Below are positions 44,515-54,153 of a stretch of DNA of 64,000 nt, piece after piece. The position numbers were made by a program, and so were the translations under genes. Source of the DNA: a virus (Duplodnaviria > Heunggongvirae > Uroviricota > Caudoviricetes); the IMG/VR virus record IMGVR_UViG_3300046507_000526, positions 70,193-134,192 of that record; one strand, given 5' to 3'. How positions within the stretch are numbered: the stretch's first letter is position 1; the number at the start of each line of letters is the position of its first letter. The notes beneath the pieces were generated by a model that saw only the letters and a list, made by a program, of their open reading frames with translations, was not told where the DNA came from and ran no database searches.

Positions 44515-44555
44515 TTTTTGTTGTAGGCAGTTGTTGTACATGGTCCTCCCCTTTT

Positions 44556-44583
44556 GGAGCTAGATGCCTAGCTCCTTTTTTTT
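44556..44583 (+). terminator. rho-independent terminator
   Basis: GGAGCTAGATGCCTAGCTCC plus T9. Confidence 0.7.
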
Positions 44584-44602
44584 GATTCTACAAGTTCTTA
44601 TT

Positions 44603-44611
44603 TGGTATAAG
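44603..44611 (+). promoter_or_regulatory. TGGTATAAG promoter motif
   Basis: conserved box. Confidence 0.4.
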
Positions 44612-44686
44612 AATAATGGAAATAAGTTGGACAATATACCTATAATAGAGGCGACTCTCAATCCACTTACAAGTAAAGAGGTAGCT

Positions 44687-44914
44687 ATGAGCATCAACTG
44701 TACACTAAAGCAGCAAACCGCTCTGGATGCAAAATTCAATGCGGTACGGATGAGTCGCAGTCTTCGGAATAAGAAGTCTAAAGCAGAAGGCGGACACGGT
44801 CAGTATAAAGCGTACTGCTGCAAAGAGTGCGGAGCGTGGCACGTTACCGAACATCCCGTGGTACAATCTCAACCCAAGCATCATCACGATGTCTTAATAC
44901 CAGCTATAACATAA
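44687..44914 (+). CDS. hypothetical protein
   Basis: internal ATG with AAAGAGG RBS in ORF 44564; CCKECGAWH. Confidence 0.4.
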   Translation: MSINCTLKQQTALDAKFNAVRMSRSLRNKKSKAEGGHGQYKAYCCKECGAWHVTEHPVVQSQPKHHHDVLIPAIT

Positions 44915-46309
44915 ATGAAAATCATCATCCAATCTCTAGCGAATGCGGAAGACAATGCAATGCTTCAAGCACTGTACTCCCGCAGCGCTGAATCTGTCAC
45001 GACCCATCTTGAAAGAGTTGAGAAAGCTGGGTCTGGCAAATTTATGGCCCAGTATTATCTGGGATATGGCCATGCGTCAATTGGCGATTGTGGAAGCGAC
45101 ACCGTCTTTATCGAAGGTGTTTCTATGCTTGCCGCAAAGGCCATCGAGGATAACCCTCTCTTTGTCGGTCAGGAATGCAGCTCCAGATATATCGACTTTA
45201 GCACGCAGGAATTTTATGTGCCCTGTGCTAAAGTGGAGATCATGGAGGAAATCCATCAACTGTACAACAAATTCCGGGCGTTCTACACTGCAAGCCTAGA
45301 GCCTTTGAAGGCTGCACTCCGTGAAAGATTTCCTAAGAAAGAAGATGACAAAGATACGGTTTACGAAAAAGCTATTGCTGCTAGGGCTTTTGATATCCTT
45401 CGTGGCTTTCTCCCTGCAGGTGCTACTACCAATGTGGCTTGGTCATTCCGACTTAGCAACGCTGATGAGCATCTCCGGTGGATGATGCATCACCCGTTGG
45501 AAGAGGTAAAACGAATCGGGGCATTGGTATATGAAATGCTTCATAAGAAATACCCTAATTCATTTCATAAAGACTACGCCGATGTTGTCCATGCGATGAA
45601 AGAACTGGACGATGGCGACGGGTTGCTTCTGGAAATAGAAGGTGACGCTACCTTCACGTATCTTTCTCAGATGGAGCATTTCTATACAGAGTTTAAAGAC
45701 TCTGGAAAGTTCAGTAAAATCGCCAGCGCCGAAGACGTATACACAGAAGTTGAATTCGACGAAGATTTGTCTATTCACCTCAAGTATTTCCAAGGGTATA
45801 AGGCTCGTCAGCGTAAAACTCGGCTTCCGAAGCATTCGCTTGTTCGCATTCAGAGCGTATATGTGTCTACGATGATTGACTTCGGCTCGTTCCGGGATAT
45901 TCAAAGGCACCGTAATGGATACTGCAACATGCCCATGTTGACATGTGACTACGGTATCCACCCGTGGTACTACGAAAATCTCACGGAAGAATTGCGGAAA
46001 GACGCATACATACTTCTGAATGAAATCGAGAAGGTGTATACTGAACTTCGCAAGACTGAAGAAGTTGTTCAGCTTCAGTACATTCTTCCTATGGGTTTCA
46101 TCGTACCAACGATGCTCAAGTATGATGTAGGTCAAGCTGTGTACGTGGCTGAGCTTCGTTCCGGAAAGACTGTCCATGCTACTCTACGTCCTGTTGCACA
46201 GAAACTTGCTGCTTCTCTTGAGGAACTCGGTATTCCGGTTTTTTATGACAAAGAGGAAAGTGACTGGACTGTGAAGCGCGGCGAGCAGGATATCGTTTCG
46301 AAGAGTTAA
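44915..46309 (+). CDS. possible tandem-domain ThyX-like (flavin-dependent thymidylate synthase fold) protein
   Basis: QECSSRYIDFSTQEFYVP resembles ThyX NELSGRYSKLSYEFYIP; second half has FRDIQRHRNGY (RHR) and ELRSGKTVHATLRPVAQ resembling ThyX LR.d.hAQwEI; assignment tentative. Confidence 0.4.
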   Translation: MKIIIQSLANAEDNAMLQALYSRSAESVTTHLERVEKAGSGKFMAQYYLGYGHASIGDCGSDTVFIEGVSMLAAKAIEDNPLFVGQECSSRYIDFSTQEFYVPCAKVEIMEEIHQLYNKFRAFYTASLEPLKAALRERFPKKEDDKDTVYEKAIAARAFDILRGFLPAGATTNVAWSFRLSNADEHLRWMMHHPLEEVKRIGALVYEMLHKKYPNSFHKDYADVVHAMKELDDGDGLLLEIEGDATFTYLSQMEHFYTEFKDSGKFSKIASAEDVYTEVEFDEDLSIHLKYFQGYKARQRKTRLPKHSLVRIQSVYVSTMIDFGSFRDIQRHRNGYCNMPMLTCDYGIHPWYYENLTEELRKDAYILLNEIEKVYTELRKTEEVVQLQYILPMGFIVPTMLKYDVGQAVYVAELRSGKTVHATLRPVAQKLAASLEELGIPVFYDKEESDWTVKRGEQDIVSKS

Positions 46310-46325
46310 ACAAACGTAGCAATTG

Positions 46326-46334
46326 TGGTATAAG
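46326..46334 (+). promoter_or_regulatory. TGGTATAAG promoter motif
   Basis: conserved box. Confidence 0.4.
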
Positions 46335-46390
46335 CAAGGTGTCGAGGGATAATATCTCGGCACCTTTTTTCTTTAGTCAGGAGATTTAAA

Positions 46391-46873
46391 ATGCAAGAAC
46401 TTGAAAACGGCCGCTTTACCATTATCCCTATCGAACTTCTCAGCCTTATTGTTGAAAAGACAGAAAATGGTTTGAAGCACATCGGAGCACCTGAAGATAT
46501 CTCGGTAGAAGATACGCTGAACGAAGTCCGGATTGCCATTAATTTTCAGATTCAGGATCAACGATCCAAAAGTGAAACTGTGAATCGCCTCTGGAAACGC
46601 TTTCAGGCTACGAAAGAATTCATGGATCCTCGTGAACTTCAGATGAATGAAGCTATGTGGGCTGGTTTCGACCATAAGAAGTACGAAGGCGATAAGACCA
46701 GAATTATTTCCGGACTTGAGAAGAGCATGTTCGAACTTACTGAAGTAATGCTGGATAACAATGTTCCTATCCATGCGCTTGATAGTATTGACGGCGAAGA
46801 CCCCGTAGAGATTCGTACGACTAGTCTTGAGGAAATCAAGAATATGTTTGACGGATTTGGCAAGAAAGAGTAA
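46391..46873 (+). CDS. hypothetical protein
   Basis: 160 aa with CAGGAG RBS. Confidence 0.5.
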   Translation: MQELENGRFTIIPIELLSLIVEKTENGLKHIGAPEDISVEDTLNEVRIAINFQIQDQRSKSETVNRLWKRFQATKEFMDPRELQMNEAMWAGFDHKKYEGDKTRIISGLEKSMFELTEVMLDNNVPIHALDSIDGEDPVEIRTTSLEEIKNMFDGFGKKE

Positions 46874-46884
46874 TATAGGTTTGT

Positions 46885-46915
46885 GCGGTAACAAAGAGTT
46901 GCCGCTTTCTTTTAC
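46885..46915 (+). terminator. rho-independent terminator
   Basis: GCGGTAACAAAGAGTTGCCGC plus T-run. Confidence 0.55.
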
Positions 46916-46931
46916 ATTCGAGAGGCTCGAA

Positions 46932-48014
46932 ATGTCACTAAAAACTGAAATATCCAAGTTGTACAAAGACGTTCCGTCGGAACGCGCAGAACCAGAATAT
47001 GAACTCGCAGTCGTGATTGGTAGATTTGAACCTCCGCACGTAGGCCATGGCATTCTTTTCAACAAAGCGTCCATGGTAGCAAAGAAGGTTCTTATCCTGA
47101 TCGGATCTTCCTATTCTCCACGTACGATAAAGAATCCATTTACGTTTGAAGAACGGGCTCAGATGATTTCTGAATCTCTACCTTCGGAGAACATCATTTG
47201 TATGCCTTTGGTGGATAACCTTTATTCGGATGACGATTGGGTTAACTCCGTCCAACGTAGCATTGCAGAATGTGTTCCTGCAGGTTCGAAGGTAGCCATC
47301 GTTGGCAACAAGAAAGACGAAAGTTCTTACTATCTCGATCTCTTTCCGCAATACAACTACGTAGCAGTGGATGAAGTGAAGCTCGGTTTCGATGCTACGA
47401 CTGTTCGTGAAGTTCTTTTTGAAAAGCCTGGTCTTGTAGATCTGCTTAAGAGCGTAGTGCCTGCTAATGTATTCGAATTCTTCAAAGAGTTCATGAAGAC
47501 GAGTGAGTATGTACGACTTCAGAAAGAGTGCTTCATGATCCGGAAATACAAAGAGGCGTGGTCAGTAGCTCCGTATGCACCTACGTTCGTAACAGTAGAT
47601 GCTGTTGTAAAGAAATCCGGACACATCTACCTAGTCAAACGTAAACATGCTCCGGGTCAAGGGCTTTGGGCACTCCCAGGGGGATTCGTAGAACCAAATG
47701 AAAGACTTAAAACTGCAGCGTTTCGTGAACTCATGGAAGAGACCAACATTGACCTTCCTCCTGGTCTGTTGCTTGGTTCTATGGGCGAAGGCGTTGTGTT
47801 TGATCATCCTGGGCGTAGCCTTCGTGGGCGCACTTTTTCGCATGCTTTCCTTTTTGACCTCGATAAGGCAGACAAGAAACCAGGCTTGCCGAAAGTGAAG
47901 GCAGCAGATGATGCATCGGACTGCAAGCCTTTCACGTATGATGAAATTCTGAGCATGCCCGAGCAGATTTTCGAAGATCACTTGTCCATCATCCGTAAGC
48001 TGGTGGGTATTTAA
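46932..48014 (+). CDS. natV: bifunctional NMN adenylyltransferase / Nudix hydrolase (NadM-Nudix, NatV-like)
   Basis: VIGRFEPPHVGH nucleotidyltransferase (H/T)xGH motif; C-terminal Nudix box LPGGFVEPNERLKTAAFRELMEETNI. Confidence 0.8.
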   Translation: MSLKTEISKLYKDVPSERAEPEYELAVVIGRFEPPHVGHGILFNKASMVAKKVLILIGSSYSPRTIKNPFTFEERAQMISESLPSENIICMPLVDNLYSDDDWVNSVQRSIAECVPAGSKVAIVGNKKDESSYYLDLFPQYNYVAVDEVKLGFDATTVREVLFEKPGLVDLLKSVVPANVFEFFKEFMKTSEYVRLQKECFMIRKYKEAWSVAPYAPTFVTVDAVVKKSGHIYLVKRKHAPGQGLWALPGGFVEPNERLKTAAFRELMEETNIDLPPGLLLGSMGEGVVFDHPGRSLRGRTFSHAFLFDLDKADKKPGLPKVKAADDASDCKPFTYDEILSMPEQIFEDHLSIIRKLVGI

Positions 48015-48568
48015 TGGGTTCAAAACCTTCTATTGGCGGTGGACAGGTTTTTAACTATCTGACTGTAGAAGGTTATGATAAGAAAACTAAAAGATATGTT
48101 TGCAATTGTATATGCGGCAATAAGACATTGGTAAGTAGTTTTAGTCTAAAGTCTGGAAAGTCTAAATCATGCGGTTGCGCAAGGGCTGAACTTGTATCTA
48201 AGTTGGTATATAAACCAAATTTTGAAGCTGCAAAAAACAAAGTTGTAGATCAATATAAGAGAGATGCGGTTAGACGAAACATAGAATTTTGCTTAACCAA
48301 GTCTGAAGTGGTTGAACTTATATCTAGGCCGTGTAAGTACTGCGGAACTGAAAATTCAAATAAAGTACTACCTCCTAAACCATATAAGATAGTTTCAAAT
48401 GAGCCTTTCAAATATAACGGAATAGATAGGGTGGATAATAATCTGGGGTATATACCGGATAACTGTGTGCCATGCTGTCGTATTTGCAATAGAGCTAAGA
48501 ATAATCTATCTGAAAAAGAATGGCTTGATTGGATAGATAAATTGTGTAAATTTAACTCAAAGTCTTAA
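48014..48568 (+). CDS. HNH endonuclease (homing endonuclease inserted between natV and nadV)
   Basis: GIDRVDNNLGYIPDNCVPCCRICNRAKNN HNH-like; AT-rich codon usage; TAATG overlap with natV stop. Confidence 0.65.
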   Translation: MGSKPSIGGGQVFNYLTVEGYDKKTKRYVCNCICGNKTLVSSFSLKSGKSKSCGCARAELVSKLVYKPNFEAAKNKVVDQYKRDAVRRNIEFCLTKSEVVELISRPCKYCGTENSNKVLPPKPYKIVSNEPFKYNGIDRVDNNLGYIPDNCVPCCRICNRAKNNLSEKEWLDWIDKLCKFNSKS

Positions 48569-48609
48569 GAATAGACCTTAAGCATTTTAATTAACGAGGC
48601 GTTAATATC

Positions 48610-50001
48610 ATGAAAGCAAATAAAATCCTTATCGGGGATAGTTACAAATATTCTCATGCCCCTCAGTACCCCCTAGGTACAGTAGGCATGCAGTCGTACG
48701 TAGAAGCTCGGAAAAACAACAGTGGATTCCCGATTGATAAAGTTTCATTTTTCGGACTGCAGGCTTTTATTAAAGAATATTTGCTAGACCCAATCACTCG
48801 GGATGACCTCAAAGAAGCGGAAGAAGTAACAAGGGCACAGGGAATTCCTTTTAATAAACAGGGATTTCAAGATATCATCGAAAAACATGATGGATATTAC
48901 CCTGCCGTTATCAGTGCGGTACCTGAAGGTAGTCAAGTAGAAATCGGGAACGTGCTGCTCACTGCGGAGTCTACTGATAGCTTGCTTCCTTGGGTAGAAA
49001 GCTTTCTAGAAACCCCTTTGCTTCAAGCAGCTTGGTATGGAACTACCGTTGCTACGATTTCACGTCATTGTAAAGAAGTGATTTTTGAGTTTCTAAAAGA
49101 AACCAGTGATGTGCCTATCAACGAGATTCCCTGGAAATTAGCCGATTTTGGATACCGTGGAAATAGTTCTCAAGAAAGTGCGGCTATTGCAGGGGCGGCG
49201 CATTTGACTAACTTTCTCGGGACCGACACTATCAATGCAATGCTGTTTGCTCGCAGGTACTACGGCGCTTCGCTTGAGCATTTAGGGTATAGCGTCCCTG
49301 CCAGCGAACACTCCACTACTACTAGTTGGGGCAAAGATGGGGAACGTGATTTTTACAGTCACGCCATTAAAACTTATGCAGGGAAATACCCGATTGTCAG
49401 TCTAGTAGCGGACTCATATGATATCGATAACTCTATTCAGAATATTTTTGGTAAAGACCTGAAAGAACAGATCGTAAACTGCGGATCTACCGTAGTTATT
49501 CGATTGGACAGCGGAGAACCTGTGGAAGGAGTTACCAAGGCACTTGGATATCTTGACGCAGCATTCGGATCAGTTCCAAATAGTAGGGGGTTTAAAGTCC
49601 TCAAAAACGTACGTGTACTTCAAGGAGACGGCGTAAATCCTACCTCTATTAAGAGAATTCTTACGGCTATGAAGTTGCAAGGCTTTAGCGCGGAAAATAT
49701 CGTGTTCGGTATGGGGGGTGGGTTACATTCCGCGTGGGATAGAGACACTTTTAGTTTTGCAATGAAGTGTTCCGCTATCAACGTAGAGGGTCAGTGGAGA
49801 GATGTGTATAAAGACCCTAAAGCTGGCGGTAAGACAAGTAAGCGGGGCAGACTTGCGCTTATTGAAGACGATGGTAAACTGGTGACCATCCGAGAAGATG
49901 CTTTGATGGGTCGAACTAGTCTTCTGGAACCTGTGTACGCCAATGGCGTTCTTATCCGTGACCAGTCGTTTAACGATGTTCGCAGGCTGGCTGCTATCTA
50001 A
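48610..50001 (+). CDS. nadV: nicotinamide phosphoribosyltransferase (Nampt/NadV)
   Basis: LIGDSYKYSH and ADFGYRGNSSQESAAIAGAAH match Nampt motifs. Confidence 0.85.
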   Translation: MKANKILIGDSYKYSHAPQYPLGTVGMQSYVEARKNNSGFPIDKVSFFGLQAFIKEYLLDPITRDDLKEAEEVTRAQGIPFNKQGFQDIIEKHDGYYPAVISAVPEGSQVEIGNVLLTAESTDSLLPWVESFLETPLLQAAWYGTTVATISRHCKEVIFEFLKETSDVPINEIPWKLADFGYRGNSSQESAAIAGAAHLTNFLGTDTINAMLFARRYYGASLEHLGYSVPASEHSTTTSWGKDGERDFYSHAIKTYAGKYPIVSLVADSYDIDNSIQNIFGKDLKEQIVNCGSTVVIRLDSGEPVEGVTKALGYLDAAFGSVPNSRGFKVLKNVRVLQGDGVNPTSIKRILTAMKLQGFSAENIVFGMGGGLHSAWDRDTFSFAMKCSAINVEGQWRDVYKDPKAGGKTSKRGRLALIEDDGKLVTIREDALMGRTSLLEPVYANGVLIRDQSFNDVRRLAAI

Positions 50002-50030
50002 GGGGAGATCAACCATGAAGTAACTCTACT

Positions 50031-50267
50031 ATGGAGGCTTTATGGCTTTTGACAACCACTATCCGAATCGCAAAGACAACCGTCGTAATTACAAGTACAG
50101 CTACGCCAAAAGCGTTTGCCGTTCATGCCGTAACCACGGTGGTTGCAACTATTGTGTCTCGAATAGACGAATTCACTGGCTACGTGAACTATTACGTACC
50201 CAGGTGGACCTTGACGAAGTTTGAACAACGGGGCTTTATGCCCCGTTTTAATTGGAGAAGAGAATGA
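50031..50267 (+). CDS. hypothetical protein
   Basis: two overlapping small ORFs; frame uncertain. Confidence 0.25.
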   Translation: MEALWLLTTTIRIAKTTVVITSTATPKAFAVHAVTTVVATIVSRIDEFTGYVNYYVPRWTLTKFEQRGFMPRFNWRRE

Positions 50268-50737
50268 CACATACCATGATTGAACTTTACTGGATTACAC
50301 GTCTGATTTACATGCATGACGTGTTCGGTAACCTGTTTGCCTTCGCTTGCTTCATAACGGCTTTTAGTACGGTTGTCTTTGTAGTAGCTGAACTGAATAA
50401 TGAAAAACATTTCATAATCAGAGCCTTTTGGGGGATTTTCCTTTTTCTTTGGATCTTCTCAGGCCTCGTTAACGTCTTCACTCCAACCAAGGAAGAAGCA
50501 GCGTTCATCGTAGCTGGCGGAGCAGTTGTAGCTGCTGCTCAAAGTGACGCTGGACAACGTATTGCTAGTAAGTCTGTGGCAGTACTGGAAGGTAGCCTTG
50601 ATACGATTCTCGGTAAGGAAGCTGTGGCTAAGGCTCAGCTCGATGTAGAGAAACGCGTTGTGGATGCGGTTAAGAATCAAATGGGGATTAAAGATGAAAG
50701 CAAAGGATCTGAAAAAGCTTCTGGAAACGGTAAGTGA
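50252..50737 (+). CDS. membrane protein
   Basis: 161 aa, three TM segments. Confidence 0.45.
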   Translation: MEKRMTHTMIELYWITRLIYMHDVFGNLFAFACFITAFSTVVFVVAELNNEKHFIIRAFWGIFLFLWIFSGLVNVFTPTKEEAAFIVAGGAVVAAAQSDAGQRIASKSVAVLEGSLDTILGKEAVAKAQLDVEKRVVDAVKNQMGIKDESKGSEKASGNGK

Positions 50738-50888
50738 TGACGTAGAGGTGGTTATTCGAGCAAGTGATCATAATTACCGAACCTGTTCCGTGGATATTGA
50801 ATCCGCAGAAGACTATGGTCATGGTGAATTCGGAGAGCTTGCAGATCCTAAACATCCAGATGTAAAAGATGTATTGGTGTTCTGGTAG
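50694..50888 (+). CDS. hypothetical protein
   Basis: internal ATG of ORF 50658. Confidence 0.4.
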   Translation: MKAKDLKKLLETVSDDVEVVIRASDHNYRTCSVDIESAEDYGHGEFGELADPKHPDVKDVLVFW

Positions 50889-50894
50889 AAGAGA

Positions 50895-50920
50895 GGCCGG
50901 GTTACGACTCGGCTTTTTTT
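50895..50920 (+). terminator. rho-independent terminator
   Basis: GGCCGGGTTACGACTCGGC plus T8. Confidence 0.6.
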
Positions 50921-50938
50921 ACTTTTCCTAAGCCTTTT

Positions 50939-50947
50939 TGGTATAAG
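50939..50947 (+). promoter_or_regulatory. TGGTATAAG promoter motif
   Basis: conserved box. Confidence 0.4.
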
Positions 50948-50998
50948 AAATTTGTAGTAGGAATAATTATACATTTTATAACCAAGGAAAAACGTACC

Positions 50999-51361
50999 AT
51001 GCAGACCACTTTTTTGATCGCTGTTATTTTCATGGCGGTCTCTCTTGCTGTAGCATCGGGATGCTCGATAATGTTTCAACGAAACACGGTGTTCATCTGG
51101 AAAGAAGAAATTGCAGATGAGCTTGTTCGCAGCTTCAACGTTGACTATCTTGAAGCATTCCGTATGGTAGACTCCATGTTCCCATTCAGGTCTGTGATGT
51201 ACCGGACAGAAGACATGGATCAACCGAATGCAATCGCTCTTAAATTGTTCTGGCATCGTGCCGATAATTCCGGCTGGATGCCGCATCACTTCAACAGTCA
51301 CCAGCTTCCGGAGGTTCTGTATAACCATCGCAGCTGGGGTGGAATCATAGTCGAGGCCTAA
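50999..51361 (+). CDS. putative lipoprotein
   Basis: signal/lipobox AVSLAVASGC. Confidence 0.45.
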   Translation: MQTTFLIAVIFMAVSLAVASGCSIMFQRNTVFIWKEEIADELVRSFNVDYLEAFRMVDSMFPFRSVMYRTEDMDQPNAIALKLFWHRADNSGWMPHHFNSHQLPEVLYNHRSWGGIIVEA

Positions 51362-51399
51362 CAAGAGGGGCGTAATGCCCCAGCTTCAGGAAAACAACA

Positions 51400-51750
51400 A
51401 TGCTTACTTTGATCTTTCTCTTAATCACGAAGCATTTTTTCGTGGACTTCCTTCTGCAGTCTAACTGGATGGCTTTCAACAAGCATAACTTCAAGCATCC
51501 AGGCGGGTACGTCCATGCAGGAATGCACGGAGCGGTTACGACTTTAATCCTCTGGGGTAGACCCGAATTCTGGGTCATGGGATTATTCGAAACTGCAGTG
51601 CATTACCTCATTGACAATGGGAAAATGAATCTCTCAAGAGCTTTGGAATTAACCCCAAAGACTAAGGGATTCTGGTATGCTCTTGGGTTCGATCAGTGGC
51701 TGCATTATTGTACGTACCTGCTGATTCTGTATTATTACTTCGGAACATAG
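51400..51750 (+). CDS. membrane protein
   Basis: 116 aa, multiple TM helices. Confidence 0.45.
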   Translation: MLTLIFLLITKHFFVDFLLQSNWMAFNKHNFKHPGGYVHAGMHGAVTTLILWGRPEFWVMGLFETAVHYLIDNGKMNLSRALELTPKTKGFWYALGFDQWLHYCTYLLILYYYFGT

Positions 51751-51751
51751 T

Positions 51752-51934
51752 ATGGCCGGTAACAAGAGTAAACTTCCTGAGGTAAGACCTCTTCAGTATG
51801 CGCTTCCTTGTCCTCTCTGTAAATCCGAACAAGTCCAGGTCTGCATGGACGCAAACAATCCTCTCAAGGACTTTGCCAAGTGCAGACTTTGTCATTGCCA
51901 GGCTCCTCTGAAGATCTGGAATCAACCGCGCTAA
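51752..51934 (+). CDS. small zinc-ribbon protein
   Basis: CPLCKS...CRLCHC. Confidence 0.35.
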   Translation: MAGNKSKLPEVRPLQYALPCPLCKSEQVQVCMDANNPLKDFAKCRLCHCQAPLKIWNQPR

Positions 51935-51978
51935 TTGCGCATGGAAGCTTCACGCTTCCTTTTTACATTTTCGAAATA

Positions 51979-52176
51979 ATGCTAACTAAAATCTCTGCCA
52001 CTCTTAAAGGCTTCTTCGACATCCCAGCCGTTTTGTATATCTGGGTTATCCTCCTGAGCATGGGTCTTCTTAATGCTCTTCAAAGCCATCAATATTACTG
52101 GGCTGCGTTCACGGCTTTATGTCTATTCATGGAATACATTGATTTCATTATCACCAATAAAGGTCGTGCAGTATGA
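51979..52176 (+). CDS. small membrane protein
   Basis: internal ATG of ORF 51880. Confidence 0.4.
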   Translation: MLTKISATLKGFFDIPAVLYIWVILLSMGLLNALQSHQYYWAAFTALCLFMEYIDFIITNKGRAV

Positions 52177-52778
52177 ATCGTAAAGTCATTCTTCTAATTG
52201 ATATGGACGGTGTTATTGCTGGCTGGTATCCCGGCCTTGTGAATCTGTACAAGGAAAAGTATCCAGACCGTTCGACGGTTCCTGCGGAAGAAGTAACACA
52301 GTTCTTCGTGGAAGGCTTCTATCCTGAAGAACATCGTGAAGACGTGCTCCGCATTGCACGCACCCGAGGCTTTTACACAAGTCTTCCTGTAATTGATGGT
52401 GCAAAGGAAGCCTTGAAAGACATTGAAGAAAACTGCCTGGACTTTATCGAGCCGTTTATCTGCACAGCGCCTGAAATGGAATTCGATGACCTCATGTGTC
52501 ATTCCGAGAAGGTGCAATGGCTCAACGATCATTTCGGCGAGTTCTGGGCTACTCGGGCGATTATCACCAAAGATAAGACTTTGGTTATGGGCGATTACCT
52601 TATCGACGATAAGCCAAAAGTCAAGGGAGTTAGACTGCCTGACTGGCAGCATATCCATTACGCTCAGCCCTACAATAATTCCACATTGATCGCTGATTAC
52701 CGGTTCACATGGGATCAGTGGAATGATCTAAAAATGGATCTCTACAAAGATTCCAATGCAAGGAAATTCCTCGTATGA
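52173..52778 (+). CDS. HAD-family 5'(3')-deoxyribonucleotidase-like phosphatase
   Basis: LIDMDGVIA DxDGV nucleophile motif; size and layout of 5'-nucleotidase family. Confidence 0.6.
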   Translation: MNRKVILLIDMDGVIAGWYPGLVNLYKEKYPDRSTVPAEEVTQFFVEGFYPEEHREDVLRIARTRGFYTSLPVIDGAKEALKDIEENCLDFIEPFICTAPEMEFDDLMCHSEKVQWLNDHFGEFWATRAIITKDKTLVMGDYLIDDKPKVKGVRLPDWQHIHYAQPYNNSTLIADYRFTWDQWNDLKMDLYKDSNARKFLV

Positions 52779-52933
52779 AAACTGCTAACTACGGTTTTCT
52801 GGCATTCCTGTTGATTAACGTTGCCATGGCTGCATTTTCATATGCTAAGGGTCTCGACGCCATTTATACATTCGTAGATGTATTCCTAGCTTTGATATGT
52901 CTGCTTGGAACCATTGCCGAGTTTAAGGAGTAA
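52775..52933 (+). CDS. small membrane protein (52 aa)
   Basis: ATG overlapping upstream stop. Confidence 0.3.
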   Translation: MKTANYGFLAFLLINVAMAAFSYAKGLDAIYTFVDVFLALICLLGTIAEFKE

Positions 52934-52949
52934 TTTACGATACTCTTTT

Positions 52950-52958
52950 TGGTATAAG
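52950..52958 (+). promoter_or_regulatory. TGGTATAAG promoter motif
   Basis: conserved box. Confidence 0.4.
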
Positions 52959-53119
52959 AGTATTAGTAGGACAATACTTTAGCCAAGGAGAGGTTGTGAA
53001 GGAAAAGCAAAGACTTTCTTTAATTGAAAAGCTTGCAGTTGCAGCTGTCTGGATCGGTATTGCATGCAATGTGTATACGATCTATGCTGTAAGCAGCCTT
53101 CCCTAACCGAGGAGAGATA

Positions 53120-53386
53120 GTGAAAGAACAACTAGATGTAGTCTTCAGAAGGGATGGCTTGCCTGCAGCTCTTGACTACGCAAAGCAGACGTTAGAAATA
53201 TACCGGAAATGTGCAAGACCTCAACGGGATGGTAGAAAGCATTTTGCACATGCTGTTCCGTTCCGCCCGCATTTTGTCAGGTCCATTATTCATCTTCGCG
53301 GTTTACTGAAACAGGAAAAGTTCTTGAGAGAGAATGAAGCCTTGATCATGACTGCACTTTTACACACCGAAGGAACCTTGCCGTGA
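53120..53386 (+). CDS. hypothetical protein
   Basis: 88 aa ORF. Confidence 0.4.
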   Translation: MKEQLDVVFRRDGLPAALDYAKQTLEIYRKCARPQRDGRKHFAHAVPFRPHFVRSIIHLRGLLKQEKFLRENEALIMTALLHTEGTLP

Positions 53387-54153
53387 ACGACATCGATTTG
53401 AAACGTAAGAAGTTTGCAGGGATTGTAAAAATCGCAATCGGAGCATTGGCAATTGCGGTCTTGGCTCCTGCTATCATGCTTTTGGTTAAGGGCATTATCG
53501 GCATTGCGATAGCCGGTACCGTGGGTCTGCTAATCGTCAATGGCGCTCCGGTGATTTCCATGAAACTGGCTAACTGGAAGGTCAAGGCGATTGTCTCCGA
53601 AGCCAAGACTAACCCGATTGAAACAATGGTCAACATTGCCAATGATCGGGCTGACAAGCTTAAGGAAGCGCTCCAGCGAATCGGAGACCTCTCTGCAAGC
53701 GTCAAAAACTTCGCAGATAAGGTTGTTGGGTTCAAGAAGCAGTGGCCCAACGATGCTGCGATGTTCGATCAGGCAGTGGCTAATGCCAACAAGGTATTGG
53801 AAAAGTGGAAAGGTGACTACAAGGTTGCGAAGCAAGCCTTGGAAGCTTATCTGCTTGAAATCGAGAAGTGCCGTGCTGTAAATGAGATGGCCGTAGAAAT
53901 GGCCGCTCTGAACAAAATGGCGCAGATGGATTCCGACAAGCTGATGGAAGAGTTGAAGTCCAAGACTGCTATCGACGAAGTAAGCCGTCGCATGAACAGT
54001 GCAATGGCTCAGCTTGAAACGTCGCTTCTGGAAGAGGTTAATTTCTCGGTAGCTCCTGGAAAGACGGAAGAAAAGCCCTTGGGACTGCAATATGTTGACG
54101 GCGACGTTCCGGAAATGAGAACCCTTTCTGTTAAACAACAGGTTAAAGTATGA
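53383..54153 (+). CDS. membrane-anchored coiled-coil protein
   Basis: two N-terminal TM helices then coiled-coil. Confidence 0.5.
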   Translation: MNDIDLKRKKFAGIVKIAIGALAIAVLAPAIMLLVKGIIGIAIAGTVGLLIVNGAPVISMKLANWKVKAIVSEAKTNPIETMVNIANDRADKLKEALQRIGDLSASVKNFADKVVGFKKQWPNDAAMFDQAVANANKVLEKWKGDYKVAKQALEAYLLEIEKCRAVNEMAVEMAALNKMAQMDSDKLMEELKSKTAIDEVSRRMNSAMAQLETSLLEEVNFSVAPGKTEEKPLGLQYVDGDVPEMRTLSVKQQVKV

